Positions 1 to 9,653 of a stretch of DNA of 39,632 nt are shown piece after piece (position 1 is the first letter of the stretch; each line of letters begins with the position of its first letter). Below the pieces are notes generated by a model, which saw only the letters and a list, made by a program, of their open reading frames with translations, searched no databases and had not been told where the DNA came from. The position numbers were made by a program, and so were the translations under genes. Source of the DNA: Minisyncoccota bacterium (lineage in GTDB: Bacteria > Patescibacteriota > Minisyncoccia > Phycocordibacterales > JABAAK01); contig OY282360.1 of the NCBI GenBank assembly GCA_958295675.1, positions 424,394-464,025 on the forward strand. The letters are read 5' to 3'.

Positions 1-69
1 TTTTGGTTCAACATTTGATTCAGTCGGCTCAGCATTCGGCGTGCCGGTTCTGGTTGGATTGATATTCAT
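1..69 (-). CDS. 5' end of a gene running off the window edge (MNINPTRTGTPNAEPTESNVDQ...)
   Basis: ATG at 69-67 with open frame to the edge; TATACT box upstream; too short to identify. Confidence 0.35.
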   Translation of the reverse strand, partial: MNINPTRTGTPNAEPTESNVEPK

Positions 70-142
70 ATAGCATCCATATAAAATAAACTAAAATAAA
101 GTATACACTGCATTTTTTCATAGTACAGTAAATTATCCACTT

Positions 143-2224
143 ATGGCATACTACACACTGTATATGAGGGTATCTCTCACAGCAGAAAAAGAAAGAATAT
201 ACGGAATACTATGCTGTATAAGCGTATTTTTGCTCGTCTATTGTGTGCCGTCAGCAATAAGCGTTACTGCCGAAACCAGTACACCGCCGATTATTCTTGC
301 CGGTATTCTTGATTTAGAGCAAATGAACGGCGGTGATTTAATATACAGTGCTGATGCGGGTTCATTGCTCCACGATCCAATGTTTGCATTACACGGCAAC
401 ACATACACAATAGCCGAAGTGCGGGTAAAACCGACTGAATTCCTACTGCGCATACAGCAGGAAGGACAGGAAACAGATGAACAATCCGTCCTGAACGGTC
501 ATTACATGGTATTCAAGAGAAATTTTTCCGTCATCGGATATATTGATGCGGTACATTTTGCGTCTGATACTGATGAGCCGAATCTTTCATCGGTGCTGCT
601 GTCCCGTGTGACCGGCTTACAGCAGGATGATTTTCTCAGACACATTACCTTTGAAATAACGCGAAAGAAACCGGATACAATAAACCGATATCCGGAAGAG
701 ATACAGCAGTTCGGAGATATAGAGCACGCGCTGACAGACGGATCGCTGACAATAGATCTAAGGGAATATTTTGCCGATCCGGAACGCAGCAATATAAGCG
801 CGGAAGTTGATACTGTCGGCGATTGTTGTATTGTTCGCGCTGAAACCGTGGAACACGCGCTGACCATAACACCAATTACCCCCGGTACTATAACAGCGGA
901 TATACGCGTGTACGATGCTACAGGTCTGATGACAACAAAAGAGATTGAAATCACCATCACTTCCGGCGATCCGGCATCCGCTGTTGATGTTATATCACCG
1001 CGCATAGTAACCGAAGGAGTATTGAAAGTTGTGTCATCTAGAGATCCTTCTATAAGTATCGTGATTGACCACCGGCAGGCCGCGCAGGAGGATTTGGAAA
1101 TAGTGTTCGGAGGAAACCGTGCCTGTGGTCAACTTACGGCGAACGATATTCATGGCACTACTGTCGGCGGTATGCCGGTTGGGACACTGTACACCGGCAC
1201 GCTTACCGGCGGTATCGCTGAAATGCCGGTTGTGTATTACGGATATGATACTGATGCGGATATCGGCCACCTCATCCCGTCAGTCATAGAAATGAATGAT
1301 ACGGTATTTAATATTAAAAAACTGATACACACATACGCGCATACACCGCGAATACAAATGCAAATTGAACCGGAGGATATTGAACAAATACCGACAGAAG
1401 ATATATTTGCCGAATACCACCTTGTGTTCAGAGGAAGAAACGGTATTGTGATCGGATCAGTTCCGATGGAAAAAACAGTATTGAAAGATGCCACATATCA
1501 TCTGAGCGCAGACAATATATTAGCGGTGCATCAAAAATGGTTTGATGGTACTGAGAACATGACGGTAGAAATTACCCGGACACGACCGGGCGAAATAGGC
1601 ACATTGTCACCTCAGACCTACACTATACCGATTAAAGGTCCGTCGGGTATCTATGACGGATGCGCGCTTTCAGTACTGGATACATCCGGTAATCGGGCAA
1701 ACGAATGGGTTCCGCTTTCTATTTTCACAATTTTCAGGAGTAAAGAAGAGGAAGAAGCGTTGTATCAGCAGGTGCGCGGACCGGCTATTCCGAAACAACT
1801 GCCGACACCGAAAAAACAGCATACTTTGTTCCGTTCCAGAGAGGAAATAAAATCACAGAGAACATTGATTGAAATGAGACGACTCGCGATTAAGTTAGCG
1901 GATCCTGGAGTAAGTATCAGCAGTGTGCAGCATGTGCCTATCGGCAGACGAGCGGAAATTCCCGAAGTGCGTGATTTGCAGATATTTTTGAATATAGCCG
2001 GTTATACCGTAGCGCATACCGGACCGGGTTCCAGAGGCAGTGAAACCATGTACTTCGGTCCGGCGACACAACGCGCGCTTGAAGCATTCCAAAAAGAAAA
2101 CAATATACCGGTAACCGGAGAATTTGACCAAAAAACACAGGAAACAATTCTTATTTTTGCCACACAGCACTTTTTATTAGAATCATCTGACGATATCTCA
2201 GACACCAGAAATATTGACCTATAG
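143..2224 (+). CDS. Large exported protein with duplicated domain, Ig/cadherin-like module and C-terminal peptidoglycan-binding domain
   Basis: N-terminal hydrophobic segment; 'DLREYFADPE...' Ig-like strand pattern; C-terminal 'VRDLQIFLN...YFGPATQRALEAFQKENNIPVTGEFDQKT' is PG_binding_1-like; start may be 164. Confidence 0.7.
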   Translation: MAYYTLYMRVSLTAEKERIYGILCCISVFLLVYCVPSAISVTAETSTPPIILAGILDLEQMNGGDLIYSADAGSLLHDPMFALHGNTYTIAEVRVKPTEFLLRIQQEGQETDEQSVLNGHYMVFKRNFSVIGYIDAVHFASDTDEPNLSSVLLSRVTGLQQDDFLRHITFEITRKKPDTINRYPEEIQQFGDIEHALTDGSLTIDLREYFADPERSNISAEVDTVGDCCIVRAETVEHALTITPITPGTITADIRVYDATGLMTTKEIEITITSGDPASAVDVISPRIVTEGVLKVVSSRDPSISIVIDHRQAAQEDLEIVFGGNRACGQLTANDIHGTTVGGMPVGTLYTGTLTGGIAEMPVVYYGYDTDADIGHLIPSVIEMNDTVFNIKKLIHTYAHTPRIQMQIEPEDIEQIPTEDIFAEYHLVFRGRNGIVIGSVPMEKTVLKDATYHLSADNILAVHQKWFDGTENMTVEITRTRPGEIGTLSPQTYTIPIKGPSGIYDGCALSVLDTSGNRANEWVPLSIFTIFRSKEEEEALYQQVRGPAIPKQLPTPKKQHTLFRSREEIKSQRTLIEMRRLAIKLADPGVSISSVQHVPIGRRAEIPEVRDLQIFLNIAGYTVAHTGPGSRGSETMYFGPATQRALEAFQKENNIPVTGEFDQKTQETILIFATQHFLLESSDDISDTRNIDL

Positions 2225-3757
2225 ATTATTTCTTCTGAGAAAATCAATATCCCGCTCAAACATGCGCGCATTTGAGACCACGGCACGGCAATAATTCAGC
2301 GCAATGCGGGATTCCCAGTTTTCTCCGGCATAGTAGCGGCGTGCTGCGCGGCATTCATCCCGTTCCGCACCGAGGTTACGCAGGTACAAAGCGGATGCAA
2401 AAAATGCATCCCGCGGATTCCACGGATCAGACGGTTTGTCTGATTTGGTCACTCGCCGCACAAGATCCCGGTTCGGTCGGTACTCCCATGATCCGCCATA
2501 AAAATTAAGTTGATTTATTGCATTACGCGTTGCGGGTCCGACTTCTCCCGTGCCTCGAGTACGATTGTACTGCTCTAAAATGCGTTTCTTATACCGCTCC
2601 TGAAACGCAACGATTGCCTTGCCGAGTGCCGGAGTATAGATGCTTTCCGCATCATCAGTATCCGTTCCACCGTTCTCCGAAACGGTAAAACCATTGTGAT
2701 TGAGAAAAGAACGCAATCGCCGCACATCATCACCGGTGCTGCCTACAACCATTCTTCTGTCACGCCGAATGACACCATCCGTCGGCAAGCAGGTATTTGT
2801 TTCAGTATTTATTAATCCGCCATAGCATACCCAGGTTGACGGGATAAACTGCGCCGGACCCATGGCACCGCCCCAGCCGAAACCGGGATTTGCTGAGACC
2901 GGCGTTGTTTCCGGATTATAACCTAACAGTTTTGTAATAACCGGAAAAAGCGGCTGATCACGGGTCGGGTGCATATCAGCGCGGTAAGTTCCGGAACCGA
3001 TATTGTGACCAAGATCAGATTCGTTCTTAATAAGACCGAGAAGAAAGGCAGGTCTGACACCGGTTGTTCTGGATGCCTGTTTTGCATATTCAAGAGCTTG
3101 TTCAAAAGAGATCGCGGCACCTCCGCGGAGTCCGAAAATATGACCTCGTATGGAAGCGGATCTGTTTGAATACACATTAATCCTATCCTCAATATCCTGC
3201 TCAAGTGATGACTGATGCGCGAGTATTACCTGTTTTTCTTCTAAGTAGCGCTGCACCTGTTCGGCAAATATCTGCTGCTGCCGCTGCATTGTCTCCTGTT
3301 CCTGCTGTTTCTTCTCTAAAAAAATAACTTGCTGCTCAAGAAGTATCACAAGTTCAGCGGCATCCTCCGCACTTCTTGTTTTTAATATTTCCTGAGCATG
3401 AGCAATTGCGCGCCGTATGTCGCTAATTTCTGTCTGCAACTCAACAATAGCGTGTCTGTTCAGCTGCATATTAAGCAACAAAGATTGCACTTCCCTATCA
3501 ATCAGCACAATGTTATGCTGAGCGCGCGTTTTTTCCTCTACCTGATTCTCTAATAGTGTTTCTGTCTCAAAAATCTTCTGTTCGCATATCGCAAGTACTT
3601 TTTCAAGTGTTTCCGTATCTGCATCGCTGTCAGCAACACAGGCATCTGTCTCTTCGGCATACGCAAGAAATACAGCACCGGTAAAAAAGAAAGAGGATAA
3701 TAAAAAAGTACACACCAATAGTGGTATGTGTTGCTGTCCGCGCTTCTCTGTATGCAT
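2219..3757 (-). CDS. Secreted coiled-coil lytic murein transglycosylase (SLT/MltB-like) with inserted PG-binding domain
   Basis: Signal-like N-terminus, long coiled coil, catalytic 'ES' followed by 'GAMGPAQFIPSTW' and 'DPWNPRDAFFASALYL'; start 3757 chosen from -10 spacing (ORF track 3763). Confidence 0.8.
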   Translation of the reverse strand: MHTEKRGQQHIPLLVCTFLLSSFFFTGAVFLAYAEETDACVADSDADTETLEKVLAICEQKIFETETLLENQVEEKTRAQHNIVLIDREVQSLLLNMQLNRHAIVELQTEISDIRRAIAHAQEILKTRSAEDAAELVILLEQQVIFLEKKQQEQETMQRQQQIFAEQVQRYLEEKQVILAHQSSLEQDIEDRINVYSNRSASIRGHIFGLRGGAAISFEQALEYAKQASRTTGVRPAFLLGLIKNESDLGHNIGSGTYRADMHPTRDQPLFPVITKLLGYNPETTPVSANPGFGWGGAMGPAQFIPSTWVCYGGLINTETNTCLPTDGVIRRDRRMVVGSTGDDVRRLRSFLNHNGFTVSENGGTDTDDAESIYTPALGKAIVAFQERYKKRILEQYNRTRGTGEVGPATRNAINQLNFYGGSWEYRPNRDLVRRVTKSDKPSDPWNPRDAFFASALYLRNLGAERDECRAARRYYAGENWESRIALNYCRAVVSNARMFERDIDFLRRNNL

Positions 3758-3839
3758 ATACATACAGTATATATCGTCAGTATATAATTTGAAATACGCA
3801 GATTAGAACAGGGATATAGGGTCAAATGGTACACTATTC

Positions 3840-5309
3840 ATGAAGCAATCAACTATGCCACAAGTACAAGAACACGATACAAAGAAAAAGGCATATTTTA
3901 TCGGCATCGCCGGCGCGGGAATGAGTGCCACCGCTCAACTTTTAAAAACACTCGGCTGGGAGGTGAGCGGTTCTGATCAGGGCGCGTATCCGCCGATTAC
4001 CACATATCTTGAGAAGCGCGGTATCCCGTACACAACTGTTTACAATAAAAATAATGTTCCTATGGATGCTGATCTTGTGGTTGTGGGAAAGCATGCAGGA
4101 CTTACTAAAGAAGAGAATGAGGAAGTCGCGTTTGTATATAACAATAATTTCACCATACAATCATTTCCTGAAGTTCTTAACAAACTAACAAAAGATACCG
4201 GCAATATCGTCTGTGTCGGCAGTCACGGCAAATCAACCTGCGCCGGCATACTGGCATGGTGCCTTGCCGAACAGGATCCGAGTTTTTTTATCGGTGCCGT
4301 GCCGTATAACCTTGAAACAAACGCGCAATCAGGCAAAGGAAACTTGTTCGTGCTTGAGGGTGATGAATATCCGGCATCAAACACGGACAATACTTCAAAA
4401 TTTCTCTACTACAACGCATCCGATGTACTCCTCACTTCCCTGGAGCATGATCACCTGAATATATTCAAAACACAGGAAGAGTACACTGCCCCATTTCTGC
4501 GACTTATTGAATCGCTTCCCACAAACGGTTTGGTAGTCGCGAGCGGCAAGGATAGACAGATACAAAAAACAATACCTCAGATACAAAGAAAAGTTATAAC
4601 CTACAGCACAGACGAGGATATAGAAACTGATTGGTACGCGAAAAACATCACCTATGGAGAAGAAACAACTTTTGATGTATACCGAGACCGGACTCATATC
4701 ACAACACTGACAACTACCCTACTCGGACAGCATAATGTAGAAAATATAATCGGTGCTTCCGTGTTACTGCTTGAGAAAAAATATAGTACCGAAAAAGATT
4801 TGCAGAAAAGAATACATACATTCACCGGCATTGAGCGAAGATTGGATAAAAAAATAACTGATTCAGTGATCCCGCTGTACGAAGGTTTCGGTTCATCACA
4901 AAGCAAGGTGCGCTCCGCAATAGAAGCGATAAAAACACATTACGATAACAAACGGCTTTTGGTTATCTTTGAACCGCATGCTATTTCATGGAGAAAAAAA
5001 GAATATACTTCCAAATACCAAAAACTTTTCAAAGAGGCGAACAAGGTATATGTCTATATTGACTCTGTCCCGGAACCGAAAGATAACACCACTATATCAG
5101 GCAGTGACATACTTACTCACATTCAAAAAGAAAGCGGTGCGGATGCGGTACAGCTTCACAAGGATTGCACTCCGCTTCTTCAGGAAATACAACAGGAAGA
5201 TATCATCCTGTTTCTTTCTTCGGGCAATATGGATGGCGCGCTTCAAACGCTTATTCAAACATTAAAACAGCAATTTTCACCAAGGCAAAACAGGAGAATA
5301 TCTGAGTAA
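3840..5309 (+). CDS. mpl: Mur ligase of the MurC/Mpl family, best fit murein peptide ligase Mpl
   Basis: 'FIGIAGAGMS', P-loop 'GSHGKST', 'EGDEY....D..SKFLYY', 'DHLNIF', 'FEPH'; the SKF segment resembles Mpl more than MurC. Confidence 0.7.
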   Translation: MKQSTMPQVQEHDTKKKAYFIGIAGAGMSATAQLLKTLGWEVSGSDQGAYPPITTYLEKRGIPYTTVYNKNNVPMDADLVVVGKHAGLTKEENEEVAFVYNNNFTIQSFPEVLNKLTKDTGNIVCVGSHGKSTCAGILAWCLAEQDPSFFIGAVPYNLETNAQSGKGNLFVLEGDEYPASNTDNTSKFLYYNASDVLLTSLEHDHLNIFKTQEEYTAPFLRLIESLPTNGLVVASGKDRQIQKTIPQIQRKVITYSTDEDIETDWYAKNITYGEETTFDVYRDRTHITTLTTTLLGQHNVENIIGASVLLLEKKYSTEKDLQKRIHTFTGIERRLDKKITDSVIPLYEGFGSSQSKVRSAIEAIKTHYDNKRLLVIFEPHAISWRKKEYTSKYQKLFKEANKVYVYIDSVPEPKDNTTISGSDILTHIQKESGADAVQLHKDCTPLLQEIQQEDIILFLSSGNMDGALQTLIQTLKQQFSPRQNRRISE

Positions 5310-5379
5310 ATAGGTTTCACAAGCGGATGGCGACATCGTCTAAAGACATATAAAATATATATAAAACAATATACACTAT

Positions 5380-5874
5380 ATGCATATGGAAGACAGGTAT
5401 TTACATGAAGTCGCCATTACCGGTATCATTGTTAAAGATAAAACATATCTGATCACTAAAAGATCAGCGAATAAAAAACGGTTCCCAAATATGTGGACAG
5501 TACCCGGAGGAAAATTAGAAACACAGGATTATATGCACTTACCGAAAGAAAGCAATGATTATTGGTATAATGTGCTTGAAAAAGTTCTTCGCCGGGAAAT
5601 TATGGAGGAGGTTGGCATACACATTAAAAATATTATCTATGTAACGAGTTTAGCAACGATACATAAAGATGGTAATCCTTCATTAGTGCTGTCCTGTATG
5701 GCAGATTATGATTCCGGTGATATTACACTTAAAAAAGATGAAAACGATGATTTTTGTTGGGTAACAGTTGAAGAAGCGAAGGAGTACAATCTCATTGACG
5801 GCATATATGATGAATTGGTTATGGCGGAAAATATGCGAACAGTACAAAAAAGTGAATGGAAAAGATATAATTGA
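5380..5874 (+). CDS. NUDIX hydrolase
   Basis: 'WTVPGGKLE...LRREIMEEVG' Nudix box; start may be 5386. Confidence 0.85.
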   Translation: MHMEDRYLHEVAITGIIVKDKTYLITKRSANKKRFPNMWTVPGGKLETQDYMHLPKESNDYWYNVLEKVLRREIMEEVGIHIKNIIYVTSLATIHKDGNPSLVLSCMADYDSGDITLKKDENDDFCWVTVEEAKEYNLIDGIYDELVMAENMRTVQKSEWKRYN

Positions 5875-5943
5875 TAAACTATGAGGTAATCTGTCGGAAA
5901 GATGGTTTGCCCACACCATGGTGCATATGCGGCGACCTCTATG

Positions 5944-6015
5944 TGACCCCACGGGGAATCGAACCCCGGTTTTCGCCGTGAAAGGGCGATGTCCTAGCCG
6001 CTAGACGATGGGGCC
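5944..6015 (-). tRNA. tRNA-Glu(TTC)
   Basis: Reverse complement folds as cloverleaf GGCCCCATCGTCTAGCGG...TCGCC-CT-TTC-AC-GGCGA...GGTTCGATTCCCCGTGGGGTCA; CCA not encoded. Confidence 0.95.
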
Positions 6016-6088
6016 GGATATGTATAGGATATACAAATACTACCATATATAAGACGACACATAAAGCGGGATATCGCAATGTCTATAG

Positions 6089-6162
6089 TGCTGACGGGTG
6101 GAATTGAACCACCGACCTTGGGTTTATGAGTCCCACGCTCTAACCAACTGAGCTACGCCAGC
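6089..6162 (-). tRNA. tRNA with CAT anticodon, probably elongator tRNA-Met (Ile2 not excluded)
   Basis: GCTGGCGTAGCTCAGTTGGTTAGAGC...CT-CAT-AA...GGTTCAATTCC; paired G1-C72 argues against initiator; G4-C69 argues against Ile2. Confidence 0.85.
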
Positions 6163-6221
6163 AGAAACGCGACACTTCTCGCGCACAATATAATCGTACC
6201 ATAAAACTATTTTCCACAATA

Positions 6222-6416
6222 TTATCCGGTTTTATCAATAAAAACAACACCCGCATTGGATGCAGATGTTGTTTCTTCAGAGATAGTATCAATGTCTTGA
6301 CTATCTGTAGATTCAGTGAAAATGGTGTTTCGGAGAGAAAGATGCGGATTAAGCGTCAGCAAAAAGTAGAGGACAAAGAGATTAGGCACAATGAGCAGAA
6401 CAACCCACAACTTCAT
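6222..6416 (-). CDS. Small hypothetical membrane/exported protein
   Basis: 64 aa, N-terminal hydrophobic helix, starts 5 nt after stop of upstream co-oriented gene. Confidence 0.5.
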   Translation of the reverse strand: MKLWVVLLIVPNLFVLYFLLTLNPHLSLRNTIFTESTDSQDIDTISEETTSASNAGVVFIDKTG

Positions 6417-6421
6417 GAATC

Positions 6422-7198
6422 TTAGTATGCTACTGCCGTTGAAGTGGCATCTACTGCGCTACCAGGCTGTGTCGCTTCACGCTGTTTCGCTTCAGTAAGC
6501 TCAGCAAGCAATTGCTGGATACGCGCGAGCATTTGCTGCACCTCTGCCTGTATCTCATCTGAGGTTCGTTCTCGCGGAGCATTCGCCCGGACAACCACTT
6601 CTTCAGCGGCAGATCCGGAACCTTGTTCCTGATTATTCTGAGTATTCAATGCAGTCATATCGGTCTCTTCTCCCCAGTGCCACTCAGGTGCGCGCACTTC
6701 GGATGACCTTCGATTTTCATCACTGTCCGCGTCGTCAGATTCCCGTTCTAATGCGGTTACTTCATCACGAAATTGATGCACTTTATTGCGAATGTAACTG
6801 CGCAATTCCCCCGCTTTCGCTTCAACCTGATCATGAAGATCTTCAAAACGGGATTGATCCGCTAACCCAAGAAAATCTTCATGCACCTCATCACCGTCAT
6901 CACTTAATTCGTTAATATCCCCGCGCAGACCGCGCAATGTCAGTTCCACAGCATCAGAACGGGATAAAAGACTGTCCCGGCGCAATTCAGCGCGAATATC
7001 AGAAATAGTGCCGGTGATACCAGATTCATCAAGCATGTCATCAAATTCACTGATTGCTTCATCATACTGATCATTAAGATATTCTAAGGACTCGTCATTC
7101 TCGGTGGCATAGACATGTATCGCCAGGAATGCGGAAGAAATAAAAGTAATAATAACAAATAATGAAAATAATAAAGAATGTGTTTTTGTATGTATCAT
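6422..7198 (-). CDS. Hypothetical exported acidic coiled-coil protein
   Basis: Hydrophobic segment ending 'HVYA', D/E-rich helical body, C-terminal 'IQAEVQQMLARIQQLLAEL'; start 7198 from -10 spacing (ORF track 7234). Confidence 0.65.
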   Translation of the reverse strand: MIHTKTHSLLFSLFVIITFISSAFLAIHVYATENDESLEYLNDQYDEAISEFDDMLDESGITGTISDIRAELRRDSLLSRSDAVELTLRGLRGDINELSDDGDEVHEDFLGLADQSRFEDLHDQVEAKAGELRSYIRNKVHQFRDEVTALERESDDADSDENRRSSEVRAPEWHWGEETDMTALNTQNNQEQGSGSAAEEVVVRANAPRERTSDEIQAEVQQMLARIQQLLAELTEAKQREATQPGSAVDATSTAVAY

Positions 7199-7405
7199 AT
7201 GCGCATAGTGTGCCATGCGCGCGCATAGCAACAAAATAGTAGTTCATGTGGAAAAGTGGAAAACAATCAATCCACCCACGGTATATGTTCGGTAAAGGCC
7301 CACATAAAAAGTATACCGACAAGAATCCAAAACATGACCATCAATATATTAAAATTTTCCATACTAACAGTGTTGCATACAGTTTTCCATCATACTGATC
7401 TTTCA

Positions 7406-8167
7406 TTACAGTGTGCTGAAGATGTACGAGCATCTTACTCTGTCCGGCCAAAATCCTTTTATGCTGTTATTAGACGGTTTAGAATCCCATCGTATACCGT
7501 CCGCCTCGCCGACAAAACCGCTGTTGTCTATGCAAAAGTAATCCTTAGTCGCGGTATCATTATCATCCCGTATGCGTGCCCACACCATAAAGTTAGAGTC
7601 GTTGCTCGTGCACCCCGCTTCCGGCACCTCTGACTGTATTGTGGTGCCACGCTTCACCCACCCTTTCGTCAGGGACCATTCATAATCAGGGTGCGCAGTG
7701 TGTGCGTTTGCGGGATCAGTGCGCTTATGCGCGGCGGCATGGACATACGCAAGATTATGCCCAACAACACCCACAAATTCTCCATATGAAGGAACTGGTC
7801 TGTTGCCTGATCCTACTGTCCATTGAAACATCTCCCATCCAGGAAGATTTTTTCCGGTAACTGTGTTGACTTCATTAAATATATTTTGCATGACCGCTTT
7901 CACTTCCGGATTGAGTGGAATACGCACTAAATTACCACTGGGTCTGCAGAATGTAGATATTCTGACTCTATCATCTCTCCGGTTTTTCAAAAGTAGTTTG
8001 GTATGCAGGGTACCCATCTGCCGTACATTATGTTTTATAGAGACAATATTGGCCTGCTCTGTTGAATTGCCGATACTCACCACCACAATACCCGCAAGAA
8101 TACCGATAATCGCGACAACAATGATAAGTTCTATGAGTGTAAAAGCAGTGTTGCACCTGAATCGCAT
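7406..8167 (-). CDS. Type IV pilin-like protein (prepilin N-terminal methylation motif)
   Basis: 'NTA|FTLIELIIVVAIIGILAGIVV' class III signal peptide; C-terminal Cys and 'YFCIDNSG'. Confidence 0.85.
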   Translation of the reverse strand: MRFRCNTAFTLIELIIVVAIIGILAGIVVVSIGNSTEQANIVSIKHNVRQMGTLHTKLLLKNRRDDRVRISTFCRPSGNLVRIPLNPEVKAVMQNIFNEVNTVTGKNLPGWEMFQWTVGSGNRPVPSYGEFVGVVGHNLAYVHAAAHKRTDPANAHTAHPDYEWSLTKGWVKRGTTIQSEVPEAGCTSNDSNFMVWARIRDDNDTATKDYFCIDNSGFVGEADGIRWDSKPSNNSIKGFWPDRVRCSYIFSTL

Positions 8168-8192
8168 ATACATTCAGTATACATTCTCAAAG

Positions 8193-9602
8193 TTACAAAG
8201 CGAGATAGTCCCGTGGATTGAGTTTCGCGCCCGGTGCGGATACGGGCACCAGAATACCTCTACAGAGACCTGCACGGGAAATCTGCTCATAGGAGACAAC
8301 TTGCACGCCATTTGAGTCGTACACACCGAAATGCAGATGCGGTCCGGTGCTGAATCCGGTGTTGCCGCTGTAACCGATTAAGTCGCCGGCGTTCACTTTC
8401 TGACCGAGCCGCACTTTCACCAGTGAAAGATGCGCGTACAGGGTACTGAGACCGAACGGATGTTTGATAAGAACCCATTTACCCCAGGATTGGCATCTGG
8501 GCACTAAGTCGGTATTACCCGTGCCGGTAACAATACCATCCGCGCTTGAGAGAAGCGCTGTGCCGGACGGTATGCCGAAATCAATACCGGCATGAAATGC
8601 ACTGCCATATTTGTGCGCGTTTCTGCGCGAGAAAGCTGTTTCACCGAATTCCTGGGTCACACGCGGCCGACCATCAAACGGAATACGCAACAAACCCGAC
8701 CGAGCTTTGGGCAACGAATCGGGATCACGCAGATACTCTATGCGTGATTCATATTCGTATAATTCCTGGAGTAGGGCAAGTCGCTCCGCCTGCTTTTCCC
8801 GTAATAATTTCTGATATTCTGTTTCATCATTTTTTGTCTTTTTTACCAGTGATTCTTTTTCTACAATTGAAAATTTATAGATTTGTCTTCGATCCTCAAG
8901 TTCACGCTGGCGTCCTTTCAGCGCGACGCGTTCGGCATGCACATCTTCCTTATTCTTTTCCATTTCTCTTGTTTCCCGCTCCAGATCATCCAAATGTGAG
9001 CGCAAAGAGGATGAATAACGATCTAACTCTTCCAAATGCCGCAATGCCTCAAAAAACGAAGGATTCAGAATAACAGAGACACTGTCACCGCGCAATTCAA
9101 ATTCATTCGCTCGCTGGTAGTTTTGTATAAGCACATTCCGCAAAATCCCGATATTCTCTTCGTTGTTATCAATTGAACTATTTAAAGAGGTAAGTTTGAG
9201 ATGTCCCTGATGAATATTACTTTCAGTAACATGTATCCGCGCTTCATTTCTCCTATTCGTCAATGTCAGGATATTCAGCTCACTCTCCAATGTGTCTTTC
9301 TTTTTATAAATCTGACTCAGTTCTCTGTTAATATTCTCAATCTCTTTCTCCGTGGTTTCAATCCGCTGCGCCCGATTGTTTATCTGGTCTTTTAATTTCT
9401 CAATTTCCGGATCCTCACGGATAAGAACAGCACCGTCAGATTCCTCATCCGTATCCACAGGCACATAGTCACCTTCCTGCCGATCAGTCCTTACGATAGT
9501 TTCCTGTGCTCGGACGACATGAAACAACAGTGAGGCAATGAAAAAAGAACCGCATAGTGCGAATACACAAATTGCTGCATACGCTTCATACCTCTTTCTC
9601 AT
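8193..9602 (-). CDS. Coiled-coil M23 family murein endopeptidase (EnvC/NlpD-like)
   Basis: Signal peptide, coiled coil, 'HAGIDFG', 'YAHLS', 'GNTGFSTGPHLHF' with intact Zn ligands. Confidence 0.9.
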   Translation of the reverse strand: MRKRYEAYAAICVFALCGSFFIASLLFHVVRAQETIVRTDRQEGDYVPVDTDEESDGAVLIREDPEIEKLKDQINNRAQRIETTEKEIENINRELSQIYKKKDTLESELNILTLTNRRNEARIHVTESNIHQGHLKLTSLNSSIDNNEENIGILRNVLIQNYQRANEFELRGDSVSVILNPSFFEALRHLEELDRYSSSLRSHLDDLERETREMEKNKEDVHAERVALKGRQRELEDRRQIYKFSIVEKESLVKKTKNDETEYQKLLREKQAERLALLQELYEYESRIEYLRDPDSLPKARSGLLRIPFDGRPRVTQEFGETAFSRRNAHKYGSAFHAGIDFGIPSGTALLSSADGIVTGTGNTDLVPRCQSWGKWVLIKHPFGLSTLYAHLSLVKVRLGQKVNAGDLIGYSGNTGFSTGPHLHFGVYDSNGVQVVSYEQISRAGLCRGILVPVSAPGAKLNPRDYLAL

Positions 9603-9653
9603 ATAATAGTTTCAGTATACTCGTACATTCAGGAAACATGGCGGTACGCCTTT

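Noticed and set aside
5944-6162. tRNA-anchored integrated element
   Set aside because: No integrase and no duplicated tRNA 3' end seen in the window.
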